A stretch of 54,209 bases of DNA, counting the filler, from Cladosporium halotolerans (Eukaryota), in NCBI RefSeq assembly GCF_011745625.1. It is 2 parts of 2 records of this genome, joined end to end, with 100 filler letters (N's around TTAATTAATTAA, not from the genome) between each part and the next. Parts side by side here need not be neighbours in the genome. Positions count along the whole stretch, not along the records: positions 1 to 27,303 come from NW_027191533.1; 1 more part is not named here. The stretch is one strand, 5' to 3'. This document shows positions 1 through 11,238 of the stretch, one piece after another. The notes under the pieces were generated by a model. That model ran no database searches, was not told the DNA's origin, and worked only from the letters and a program-made list of their open reading frames with translations. Positions within the stretch are counted from its first letter, which is position 1; every line of letters begins with the position of its first letter. Both the position numbers and the translations under genes were made by a program.

Positions 1-3000
1 CATTGTAGTCGCTGGCGATTTCAATCGACACGATCAGTTGTGGGGAGGAGACGAGGTCCTGCCGAGCCGACAAGGGGAGGCGGACCCTATCATTGACTTT
101 ATGAATAGATGGAGCCTCGAGAGTCTACTGCCTCGGGGCACCAAGACATGGCAGAATGCAACGCGCGCTACCACGATCGACCTCATGTTGGCATCGCACG
201 AGCTGGCGTCGAACATTCTCACGTGCAAGATCCATGATACGGAGCACGGGTCAGATCATCGCGCGATTGAGACGTCTTTCGACGTCGACATCCCAGATCA
301 TGCTACCCAACCGCGGTTATTGTTCAAAAACGCTCCTTGGACAGCGATCCGAGAGCGCATTGCTCAAGCCTTGCAGGATCGGCCAGCGTTTGGTGATGTC
401 CAGAGACAGGCGGATCGCCTGACGCAGGCTGTGTTGGACGGTGTCAACACGCTGACGCCCAAAGCCAAACCTTCCCCACATGCGAAGCGGTGGTGGACAA
501 AGGATCTCACGAAGCTCCGCCATGTCTACGCATACTGGAGGAACAGGGCGCGTGCGCAGAGACGAGGTGGGGAGGCACTCCCGGAGCTGGAGCGACAAGC
601 ACGAGCGGCAGCAAAGGAGTATCACGATGCGATACGCAAGCAACAGAGACTGCACTGGGACGAGTTCCTGGCGGAAGACACCAACATCTGGAAGGCCACC
701 CGCTACCTCAAGCCGGACGACGGCTCCGGGTGGCCGAAAGTCCCACCACTACGGAGGGCGGACAGGTCAGTGACGACGAACAACTCCGAGCAGGCCGAGC
801 AGCTGCTCGCCACCTTTTTCCCGGCCCTACCCGAAACCATAGAGGACGAGGGAGAGCGACCACAAAGACAGCCGGTCTCCATGCCGGCACTGTCTGCGGA
901 AGAGATCGAGTCCTGCCTCATGAAAACCAAACCCTGGAAGGCCGCCGGCGAAGACGGCCTCCCAACTGGAGTGTGGAGACAAATCTGGCCGGTCGTGAGC
1001 GAAAATGTCCGCCATCTGTTTCAGACGTCCCTCGACACGGAAGTGATTCCTCAGCAATGGAGAGTCGCAAAGATCATTCCTCTCAAGAAGCCCAACAAGG
1101 GTGACTACACCCTGGCGAAGGCGTGGAGGCCCATCTCACTTGGGAAGCTACTGGAAGCAGTCGTCGCGGAGAGGATATCGTTCGCGGTCGAGACCTACGG
1201 CCTGCTGCCGGCCAACCACTTTTGCGCTAGGAAGCAGAGGTCTGCGGAGCAGGCAATGTTGCTCCTCCAGGAGCACATTTACACAGCTTGGAGGAACAAG
1301 AAAGTGGTTAGCTTGGTCAGTTTCGATGTGAAAGGGGCGTACAACGGGTCCTACAAAGACAGGCTGCGGCAGCGGCTTCAGGCTAGAGGCATCCCCTCAG
1401 ACCTGGTGAACTGGATCGACGCCTTCTGCTCCAGGCGCACGGCCACGATCGTGGTGAACGGCCAGGCATCCGACGTTAGAGCACTCGAACAACCCGGGCT
1501 GCCGCAAGGCTCCCCCTTGTCTCCGATCCTGTTTCTCTTCTTCAACGCGGACCTTGTGCAGCAACGGATCGACCAAAATGGTGAGGCGGTAGCTTTTGTC
1601 GATGACTACACTGCGTGGGTGGTGGGCAAGACTGTTGCAGAGAACATGGATCGTCTCCAGGCCGTCGTGCGACGAGCAACGGAATGGGAGAGCAGGAGCG
1701 GGGCGTCTTTTGAAGGAGACAAGACCGCTTTCATCCACTTCACGAGGAACAACACGCATCAGCCCGCGGATGAACCAATCAACGTCAAGGGAGAGGAGAT
1801 ACGGCCCACACCCAGTGTCAAGATCCTGGGCCTGGTGATGGACTCACGACTGCGCTACCAAGAACACGCGGCCCGCGCTGCGACGAAGGGGCTACAGGCA
1901 GCCATGGCGCTGAAGCGGCTGCGAGGACTCTCGCCGTCAGTGACGCGCAAGCTGTTCAACGCGACAGTGGCTCCTGTGGTCGACTACTCTTCCTCGGTGT
2001 GGACGCACGCCAGGAGGGCTAGCACAGAGAGAGTGCTCAAGCGAGTGCAGAGGATTGGTGGACAGGCAGTGGTCGGATGCTTCCAAACAGTTGGCACAGC
2101 GGTGGCAGAGGCGGAAGCAAACCTGCCCACGATTGAGGAACGACACAAGCGAAAGGCTCTGAAGTTGTGGATCGACCTCCGCAGCATGCCGGGCACGCAC
2201 CCTCTCGCGCTGATAGCTAGACGTCTGGCGTGCAAAAGGTTCGTGTCACCTATGCAGAGGATCGCAGAGTACAGCCAGGATGCACCTTTAGATGACTTGG
2301 AGGCGACACAACCTTACATCTCTGCTACATGGAACGCGCGACCCGACACAGTCGACGGCACAGACGACGGACTGCAGGCGGCCGCACGAGCTCAAGAGAC
2401 GCATGGTATACGCATCGCCACCAGCGCGTCGGTCAGGAACCAGCTTGTCGGTATCGGTGGCGCGATCGAGAGCATAGATCGGATCAGAAACCACACTGCG
2501 CGACACGAGTACGACAAGACGTTAGGCACCATCGGGCAAAGTGATGCCTACACAGCCGCTCTGGCCTCGATCGAGGCGGGACTTGCTTTTGTTGTCGGCG
2601 CGGTGTACGAGGGGACTTTATCGGCGCGAGTGCACGGCCACACCGTGCGCGTGTTCACCAACAACCGTACTGTCCTAACCACGTTAAGAGTTTCCCCCAA
2701 ACGGACCAGACAATGGATCATCGGTGGGATTCTGAAACATGTAGAATTCTTGAAAGGATTCGCCATCCGCGTAGTATTTGCGTGGGCCCCTGTTAGTTCC
2801 ATCTTCGAGCTCGCACAAAGAGCGAAACAGCTCGCGCAGCGATCCACCGATGAAGGGCGAGTGGCCAGTGACCGACCCAGACTGACCAAGCGGATCGTTC
2901 TAAAAGCTCAACAACGCCTGGCGCAAGCGACTGCGCAGATGCCTACGACATTCGGGGAAGCAGTGCGCAGAATCGACGCTGCGTGGCCTGGCAACCACAC

Positions 3001-3370
3001 GCGGCGCGTGTACGACGAGCTCAGCAAAAGACAGGCGAGTGTCCTCTCGCAGCTCCGCACAGGGATGGCACCACTGAACATGTACTTGCACAACATCAAA
3101 GCAGTGGAAACGAATTTCTGTGAATGTGGCGAGGCAGTCGAGTCGAGAGAACATTTCATCTTTCATTGTGTCAGGTGGACCGAACAACGGCAGATTTTGG
3201 GCATATGGACAGGCGAGGAAGACCTCCCGCGTCTGCTCGGAGGTAGTGTCTCGACAGATATCGACGGTTGGACACCGGACATGGATGCAGTGCGAGCTGT
3301 AATACATTTCACCCTGGCTAACAAACGATTCGAACGAGACACCAGCACGCGAGGGCGAACGACGATGTAG
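1..3370 (+). CDS. LINE ORF2 (end of APE endonuclease, RT, RNase H-like domain, C-terminal CCHC); 5'-partial
   Basis: Motifs GDFN, TIDL, HGSDH, DVKGAY, GLPQGSPLSP, FVDD and CECG...HFIFHC. A small in-frame deletion is likely at AWRPISLGK. Confidence 0.9.
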   Translation, partial: IVVAGDFNRHDQLWGGDEVLPSRQGEADPIIDFMNRWSLESLLPRGTKTWQNATRATTIDLMLASHELASNILTCKIHDTEHGSDHRAIETSFDVDIPDHATQPRLLFKNAPWTAIRERIAQALQDRPAFGDVQRQADRLTQAVLDGVNTLTPKAKPSPHAKRWWTKDLTKLRHVYAYWRNRARAQRRGGEALPELERQARAAAKEYHDAIRKQQRLHWDEFLAEDTNIWKATRYLKPDDGSGWPKVPPLRRADRSVTTNNSEQAEQLLATFFPALPETIEDEGERPQRQPVSMPALSAEEIESCLMKTKPWKAAGEDGLPTGVWRQIWPVVSENVRHLFQTSLDTEVIPQQWRVAKIIPLKKPNKGDYTLAKAWRPISLGKLLEAVVAERISFAVETYGLLPANHFCARKQRSAEQAMLLLQEHIYTAWRNKKVVSLVSFDVKGAYNGSYKDRLRQRLQARGIPSDLVNWIDAFCSRRTATIVVNGQASDVRALEQPGLPQGSPLSPILFLFFNADLVQQRIDQNGEAVAFVDDYTAWVVGKTVAENMDRLQAVVRRATEWESRSGASFEGDKTAFIHFTRNNTHQPADEPINVKGEEIRPTPSVKILGLVMDSRLRYQEHAARAATKGLQAAMALKRLRGLSPSVTRKLFNATVAPVVDYSSSVWTHARRASTERVLKRVQRIGGQAVVGCFQTVGTAVAEAEANLPTIEERHKRKALKLWIDLRSMPGTHPLALIARRLACKRFVSPMQRIAEYSQDAPLDDLEATQPYISATWNARPDTVDGTDDGLQAAARAQETHGIRIATSASVRNQLVGIGGAIESIDRIRNHTARHEYDKTLGTIGQSDAYTAALASIEAGLAFVVGAVYEGTLSARVHGHTVRVFTNNRTVLTTLRVSPKRTRQWIIGGILKHVEFLKGFAIRVVFAWAPVSSIFELAQRAKQLAQRSTDEGRVASDRPRLTKRIVLKAQQRLAQATAQMPTTFGEAVRRIDAAWPGNHTRRVYDELSKRQASVLSQLRTGMAPLNMYLHNIKAVETNFCECGEAVESREHFIFHCVRWTEQRQILGIWTGEEDLPRLLGGSVSTDIDGWTPDMDAVRAVIHFTLANKRFERDTSTRGRTTM

Positions 3371-3710
3371 AAGACTGTCAGCGACGACTCAACAACCCGT
3401 ACCCTACTAACCATATACTCCGCACACCAATCACGCACCCTCGTGCACACGGCAGGCCCCCGCTTCATCTGCTGAAGATAGGACGATGAACACTTGGAAA
3501 CACAGCTTCAAGAACACCCGCCAACCAGCAATCACGAGCATTCGAGAGTGAGAGGAATATATAACGTCAAGTCGACTTCATGGTGAAGGACAATGAGTTT
3601 GGGAACTGTGTTTGTTTCAACCTCTTCTAGTCAGATGTAAACTTTTGGCCGTAGCTAGTGTGTTGCCCTTTAGGTGCTTAGCGCCGTGCGGAATAAAGTT
3701 TATCATTATC
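1..3710 (+). mobile_element. Tad1-like LINE, family A; 5' part lies outside the window
   Basis: Long pol ORF, then a ~340-nt 3' UTR ending near AATAAAGTTTATCATTATCA. The 3' boundary is approximate. Confidence 0.9.
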
Positions 3711-3827
3711 ACCAGCGAGTACTCTAATTTTTGGGATTGACTCGATTTTCTGAACGTACACGGCTCCTAGAAGTGGTTTTCGGAGTGCTATCACGTCGGT
3801 CGCGTCGCCCAGCGCGGCTGTACCCAA

Positions 3828-5478
3828 ATGGGTACTCCATGGCCCCCAGGGGTTGACTGGCCTCTCGAACTCCGCGAGCACGCTACCGAACTCACCAAGT
3901 ACCTTCGCGATACGCTGAACTGCATCGACCGCTCGCAAGGCCAGACCGTACCGGCCAATCATGTGAGAACTATGATCACGGGGACTCTAACCATGATAAG
4001 CAAGACTCAGGACACCGGATCTCACCACCATTCAGGACGCACTCAATATCATGCAAATCGAAGCGAAAGATAAAGCGAAAGAGACTGCAAACGTCATCGA
4101 GACAGTCAAAGTGAAACTGAGGAACAATGCGGCAGAAATCAAGCGGAGCATCAAAATTGGAGAAGAGACACGGGTAGCAGCGCGAGAAGCGACGGAGAGG
4201 AGCAAGACGGTCGTGGACATGGTCAAGGAGGTGAAAGACAAGGCACCTCTTTCCAGGACACACGGACATTTGAGCTATGCAGCAGTTGCAGCAAATGGAG
4301 CGCTTGCATCGGGAACGCCTAGTGCACACGCGGTCAAGGCCGTTTCCCTCCAGGCCCAACGTGAAGTCATCGTGAGCATCAGAAACCCATTGACCATCTC
4401 AAAACTGCGAGCCATGAACCCACGTAACCTGAAGTCCCACATTGAACGCGCCCTCGAACAGAGTCAGAATGAACACATTGCACATGCGAAGATAATGTCC
4501 TCCAACCAATTGAAGAGCGGGGACTTGAGCCTCAGGACAGCTACTACCTCAGAGACACAGGCCCTCGGACAGTTCGCAGACGACTAGGTCTGCCGAGTCG
4601 GTAATGGAGCAAACATCCGCAACCCGACGTATGGCGTCCTAGTACACGGCATCCGTACCAGCACCATGGAGATGGATAAGTTTGAAGAGATCCGGGAGAA
4701 CATCCTGCAAGACAACCGACCGTTCATACCACAAGCAGAGATCAAATATGTGGGCTGGCTGACCAGAAATGCCCATAGCAAGTCGGCATCGTCGGTAATC
4801 ATTGAGTTCACTCGGCCGGAAGACGCAAACAAGATCATCGACGAAGGCCTGGTCTGGCAGGGCGAGCTGTTCCAGTGCGAGAGGTACGAGCGACCGTGTC
4901 GCTTGAAGCAGTGCCTCAAGTGTCAGAAATATGGCCACATAGGGACCCAGTGCAAGGCAATAACAGCATGTGGCTACTGTGCGCAGGAGCGCAACTCTAG
5001 GGATCGCCCGTCGAAGGCTGACCGGACAGCGACCAGGAAATGCGCAGCCTGCGGTGGCGCACATGAGGCGTGGAACCAGAGCTGCCCGACCCGGAAGGAG
5101 GAACTCGCTCGGACTAAGGCAGCATACGCGACGCGGGTTCAATACCACCCGGTACCTGAGGTTTCCAGGCCAGACACTCAGCCAGGAGCGGCGACAGGAA
5201 CGTTACGGAGGACAAGATCATTGAGGGATCCTGTCAAGCCGTCGGAGACGATGACTGCCAGGGTGACCTCTCCAACAGGGAGAGGACAAAAGCGGACCAA
5301 CACCGGACTGCCGCTTGCAGCGGCATACAAAGAGAACGAGCCACCAAGGATTCTGCGTACTCAGAGACCGCAGAGAGCTGCTAACCCATCGAGGAGGGCG
5401 CTTGAGGCTCTCGAGAACAACACGTTGATCCGTACCAACAGCCAGCAAATGGAGATCGACTCTGACGTGGACTCATGA
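3828..5478 (+). pseudogene. LINE ORF1 (gag-like, zinc knuckles), disrupted
   Basis: Split into pieces 3828-4073, 4051-4587 and 4666-5478 by a frameshift near 4010 and an in-frame TAG at 4585-4587. Knuckles CLKCQKYGHIGTQC and CAACGGAH. Confidence 0.85.
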
Positions 5479-8400
5479 ATCCGACTGGCACATTCAAAAT
5501 ACTACAGTACAACGTTCGGAGATCCCGAGATATAGTCATGGCTACTCTGCTACGAGACCCGAGTGTAATGCAGTACGATATCCTCGCCATCCAAGAGCCG
5601 TGGAGAAACCCGTTCTTGTCAATAACACACCACCCCGCTAAGGATCGCTTTCACCTTTGTTACCCGGGAGCTGTGGAAGATGGACCCGCCGGGGTATGCT
5701 TCTTTGTTAACAAACGATTCGACAACACGAAGTGGCAATTCGAATCACATACGAAAGACGTGTGCTCGCTCCATATCTGGGGCGAGGCAGAAATCCAAAC
5801 ACAGGGGCATCTACACGTTCACAACATCTACAACCCTGGCCTAGCATCAGAAAACCGCGAGAGCGTTTTGCCTCTCCTCTGTACGCTTCTCGAGAGATAC
5901 GAGCGGGACGAGCAAGTGGTACTGGGTGACTTCAATCTCCACCATCGCTCGTGGGGCGGAGATCGAGTGGTTCAGGAAGATCAGGAAGCCGAGGAGCTCA
6001 TTGTCATCATGGAGCGCTTCGGCATGACAAACACATTGCAGCAGGGGGTAGTGACGTACGCGGAACGCAATGCCCGAACGACGATCGATTTATGCTTGAT
6101 CACGCTAGGTCTTCTCGACAGGCTCATCAAGAGCGAAGTGGACGAAGAACTCGACCACGACTCGGATCACTTCCCAATTACTATCATGCTCAATCTGAGT
6201 GCTAAGAAGCTGGACAAAGAGCCGAAGAGAAATTGGAAGAGGCTGGACGAGAAGAAGCTTTGTGGAGCGCTCCGACAGACCCTACCGCAACGACAACGAC
6301 CCAGAACCCAGACTGCGCTTGACCGATACACAACGATGATCGTAGAGGCAATCGATAAGGCAGTCGAAAGGGTACTTCCAAGAACACGACTCTCACCAAA
6401 GGCAAGAGAAGGCTGGAATGATGAGTGCACTCGGGTATTGGCAGAGTCGAAGCGACTGCGCCGAGCACACTGTAAAGATCATACGGAGGGAAGCTGGGAA
6501 GCTTATCGTACGGCGAGGAACAGGAAGGCAAGGACCATGAGGAAAGCTTTGCAGACGGCACACAGGGAGAAGGTCGCAGCAGCGTTGGACTCCCTGGAGG
6601 CTCTCTGGAAGGTAGCCAAGTGGGCCAAAGGGAGAGAGACACTGCCACCAAGCGTGACGCCATCGTTGCGGTGTCCACGGACTGGGAATGAGATCACCGA
6701 AGCAAGCGAAAAGGCAGAAGCATTCAGACGCACCTTCTTCCCTAGACCGCCAGCGGCCGATCTAGGAGATTTGCAAGACGCGCAGTACGCCGGACAGATC
6801 AGTCTACCGCCGAAAACCGAAAAGGTGATATTGGAAGCCATTAAATCAACATCGCCTTTAAAAGCCCCCGGTCCAGATGGCTTACCGAACCGTGTTTTAC
6901 AGGCGACGACGGACATCATAGTGAGCCATCTGACAAGCGTCTTTAACCAGAGCTTGCACATTTGCTACTGCCCGGCGCATTTTCGCTCCTCGACTACTGT
7001 GGTACTGCGAAAGCCAGGAAAAGACAACTACACGATACCGAAGGCATATCGTCCGATAGCTTTGTTGAACACGATTGGCAAGATCATGGACGCTGTCATG
7101 GCGCGCAGATTGAGCTACCTTGTGGAGACGTACCATGTCCTCCCAAACACTCACATCGGCGGCCGAAAACTGAGGTCGACCGAGCATGCACTACACATGA
7201 TTATTGAAAGGATCTACAAGGCTTGGAACTCTGGCCGTGGCAAAGTCGCTAGTCTGCTACTTTTGGATGTCTCTGGCGCGTTCGATAAAGTGTCACATGA
7301 AAGACTACTCCACAATCTGCGCACACGCAGGGTAGACGAAAAGATGGTAATCTGGATCACGAGCTTCCTCGGCAAAAGACAAACAAGGATCACAATGGAC
7401 GAGTTTACATCAGAAGAATACGCGATCAACACCGGGATCCCTCAAGGATCTCCGCTGTCTCCTATCCTCTACATCTTCTATAACGCTGGTCTTCTCGAGA
7501 CCTGCGGTCTGGATCAAGACACCACAGCGACAGGATACATTGACGATGCAGCAATACTGGCGTGTGGCGGTACAACCTCGGAGACCTGTGAGAAGCTTAA
7601 GCTGGCACTAGAGAAGGCGCAGCAGTGGGCGTCTACACATGCATCCAAGTTCGCCCCTGATAAGTTCCAGTTGACCCATTTCACCAGATCACGAACACGC
7701 TTTGACATTGAAAAGGAAATCGAGACCGAGTGGGGAAACATCTTGCCAAGCACAACATGCAAATATCTAGGGGTGGTGATGGACCAGAAACTTAACTGGA
7801 AGTCACACATCGAAGAGATTAAAGGAAAGGTGTCAAAGTCGGTCAATGCCCTTGCTTCTCTGGGCAGCTCCACGTGGGGTGTCCGCATGTCCGACATGCG
7901 GAAGATCTACCGTGGGGTGGTGGTGCCGCAGATGATGTATGCATGCTCAGTATGGTCTAATTCGAGAGGAAATGGCACTCCGTACACAGGAAAGACACTT
8001 CAAATCCTACGAAGCCTACAAGCACGAGGAGCCAGAGCCATCACCGGAGCATTCAGAGCCACGTCAAGCGTTGCACTAGATGTTGAAGCACACCTGCTAC
8101 CTGTGGTACAGCAGATCGAGAGGCATAACACGGACACCCTAGGTCGTATCATGACTTGTCAGACGGCACCAGAGCTGGACCACATATCGAGGAATTCAAC
8201 CAGGGGCAGCGCTCGTATGCCCGTCTACACTAGCCCTCTGCGCAATATCAATCGTCGATACAAAAAGACAATCTCAACAAGCGCCTACGCCGTGGAGACT
8301 ATATCACCTTTCATTGCGCCACCGTGGTGGCGAGGACCTGCCACACACATAGATCAGGAAATAGAGGCACGCTCCATACACGATCGTGAGATCAAGAAAG

Positions 8401-9330
8401 AGGGTATCAGTATCTACACCGACGGCAGCTGTATAGGCGGCCATGTGGGCGCAGCGGCGGTGTGCCCTGAGACAAGACAAATGAGGAATGCATTTATGGG
8501 GACAGACGCAACGTCGACAGTCTATGTAGCGGAGCTAGAGGGCATTAAACTCGCGTTGACAATTGCAGATGTAAAGGTTGATGCTGGCGCGTCTCGAAGA
8601 CGCACCGACATTTTCGTTGACAACCAGGCGGCCATCCGCTCCCTGGCTAGACCAGAGGGTAGGTCGGGAGCGTACATCCTGAAGCAAATCGCCGCCAGGG
8701 TTGAGTCGCTCCAAGAGAAGGGACACATAGTAGTAGTACGATGGATAGCGTCGCATGAGGGTATCGAAGGAAATGAAGCCGCAGACATCGCCGCAAAGGA
8801 AGCCACAGGATGGAGAGAGGGCTCAGCATCAGGATCGAGAGCAGACCCACCACCGAAGCTTTATGCACTTCAAACCACGCTCAATATGTGGAGCCGCAAA
8901 GGGGCAGCCAAAATGTGGGAGACCAGCTGGCAGCAGGAAACGAAAGGCAGAACCACGTTCAGGCACACACCAGCACCTTCGAAAAAGGTGCTGCAACTAC
9001 ACGAAGGCCTGACTAAGAGGCAAAGTGCCATTCTGGTGCAGCTAAGGACCGAGAAGATTGGACTAGGGATTTCCTCTTTCGCCGAAAAGTGCCTGACATT
9101 CTGGATCCAATGTGCACCTGTCAAGAAGGCCGCCAGACAGTGCGGCACATTCTCTTCACGTGCCGCAAGCTCAAGGACATCCGGAGACAGGAACTCGACC
9201 ATCTGCCGGAAGGGAATGGCCTTCGAGCAATTCTCAGCAAGCACAAAGTAGCCATCAAAGCCATCAGGTTCATAGAACGCGCGCAGATCCTAGGGCAGAG
9301 CAGGATCGTGGGAGTAGACGAAGCCGAGCA
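5475..9330 (+). CDS. LINE ORF2 (endonuclease-RT-RNase H) with a frameshift near 9068 before the C-terminal CCHC
   Basis: Motifs LQYN, IQEPW, GDFNLH, DSDH, DVSGAFD, PQGSPLSP, YIDD, YTDGS and EGNEAAD. CTCQ...HILFTC is in another frame (ORF 9089-9436). The end coordinate is approximate. Confidence 0.88.
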
Positions 9331-9791
9331 CTGGGGGAAGACTGTAGGTATGCGGATAAAAGAACATAAGGAAAGACTGTCAACACAGCGAGGAGAATAT
9401 GTGAGCCACCGTCTGCGAACGCTGGCAGGCAACTGAAGACGGTGGCTGCAGAGAGAAAGGGAGAGCGTAGGAGGCAGCTGGTACGGTCAGCACTTCGGTG
9501 TCGGACCGGGCGAAGTGGGACGGCCCGTACGGGACGTGTCGGCTGTCTGCCACGCTCTCCTCCACCGGGCATAGCTGCTGGGGAAAGCGGCTGAAAACGA
9601 GTGGGATATAATCAAATCAAATCAACCAATTATAACAAACGAGTACAAAAAGGGTGGTATTCTTTTGCAAAGAAGGGCTGGTGTTCTTTTGCATAGCGAT
9701 ACTGCCACGTTGCAACAGAATAGTAGTACTTGCAGAATTTTCAAAGTCACGTTGGTAATAGGCGTAAGATCGAAGGCATCGCCGGCACGAG

Positions 9792-9894
9792 CCCGGTAAA
9801 CCGGTCACGTGCTGGCTCATAGAGAAGAGATGATCACGTGGTGCAATCTTTTTGTTGCAACCAATAGAAAGCGGGCTTGGCAGACCCTATAAAT
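9792..9894 (+). promoter_or_regulatory. Putative promoter of the DUF202 gene
   Basis: CCGGtaaaCCGG at 9793-9804, TCACGTG at 9805 and 9834, CCAAT at 9861 and TATAAAT at 9888, all within ~300 nt of the ATG. Confidence 0.45.
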
Positions 9895-10090
9895 CTATAG
9901 GTTATAATAGTATAGTCCTTGTGCCTCGGACAATTATTCTTTTATCTTCTGCGTCTTAGAATAACATATCAGATAGTTCTTACATACTTTTCAATTTGTC
10001 GTCTTTCGACTACAGGTTACCAGCAAGCTACGACTCTTCAACCTACGCAATTGTACCCAGACAACTCACGAACTACGCCGCTTTTCGAAA

Positions 10091-10528
10091 ATGATTCGCG
10101 AAATGCTTCTACAGCTCCGTGCTAAGCCTCTGCAAAATACCGGTTCTGTAGCACGCGATCTGCTCGCAAGCGAGAGGACTTTTCTGGCCTGGGCAAGGAG
10201 CGGTCTCGGCTTCATCGCGCTCGGCGTTGCCCTCGAGAAGATGGAAGCCTTTGCTTCGATCTCGCCTCAGTTGCTGCAGCTTGAGAACAAAAATACCAGG
10301 ACGGCCGCCGCTGTTCTTGTCGGGAGTGGCAGTCTTTGTGTCGCGCATGGATCACAGAGATATTTTGCCTCGCTGTCGCTGATGCGACAAGGCCTGTTCC
10401 AGCCCAACATTGTGGGAGTGAGCTTGATGGCGGCGATTTGCATCGGTGTCGCATTTGCAGGAACTCTACTGGTACTGGACAACGAAGGGGGTCGGCGCAA
10501 GGGGAAAGATTTCGGCCTTAGCACGTAG
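10091..10528 (+). CDS. DUF202 (YidH/Vtc1-like) small 3-TM membrane protein
   Basis: Signature NTGSVARDLLASERTFLAWARSGL followed by three hydrophobic segments. Confidence 0.85.
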   Translation: MIREMLLQLRAKPLQNTGSVARDLLASERTFLAWARSGLGFIALGVALEKMEAFASISPQLLQLENKNTRTAAAVLVGSGSLCVAHGSQRYFASLSLMRQGLFQPNIVGVSLMAAICIGVAFAGTLLVLDNEGGRRKGKDFGLST

Positions 10529-11238
10529 ATGGGTCGAGATCAGGGGGACGACAGAAGGAGAGAGGAGGCGAGTGGGAGGGGAGGAGGGGTTAGAGGGGGA
10601 GACAGGGGGTGAGGAAGGAAAGAGGAGGAGGGAAAGGGATAGTATCCATCCCTTCCCCATCCGCATACAAAGGATCAACACCCTCCAGACAAGCTACAAC
10701 TTCCGTCTCTCAGAAGCTTGACTTGCGCACAAGCACTTCCGCTGGAAACCCGGGTACGTCGTGATATGGCTACGCCGGTATCTCGCATCAGTACACAGTG
10801 GTTCCAATGAAAAATGTATCATAACACCAGATCGCATGAGACACGGAATGTGGGCACTCGACGTGAACAGCTGCAAACGCGTCTTGGTCGACACTGACAA
10901 AACGCGCCGGTTGTCCCAATGGCACCAGCCATACATCATTGACGAGTTTACAGCTGATAATAGCGACTGACACGTGGTGTTGCTCCTGGGACGGCCCGCG
11001 CATGCATGAAGCCCAGCTCCTCAGGGTCAGATTTGCTACACATGACAAGATCGATCGTTTGACCGCTTGGCGCTCACTTGAATTTACCGCGTACACATGA
11101 CCTTGTTTCGTCACAAATGTAACCCTATCTAAAACAAACTGCTAAGGGGTTGCCTCATGAGCCAGACAGAGAAACGTAATGGATCCATGTTGGAAGAAAG
11201 AGAAGAACGATGATTTTCCTCACAAGTTACATGCAGAT

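Larger units (their letters stand above)
3711..9625 (+). mobile_element. Tad1-like LINE, family B; near full length, directly head-to-tail with the family A copy
   Basis: gag-like ORF1 and pol ORF2 overlap at ATGA (5475-5478). The 3' UTR ends in an (ATCAA)3 tail at 9611-9625. Confidence 0.9.

Noticed and set aside
10530..10640. Purine-rich GGA/GGG tract after the DUF202 gene
   Set aside because: Low-complexity sequence; G-quadruplex potential is possible but nothing supports a function.
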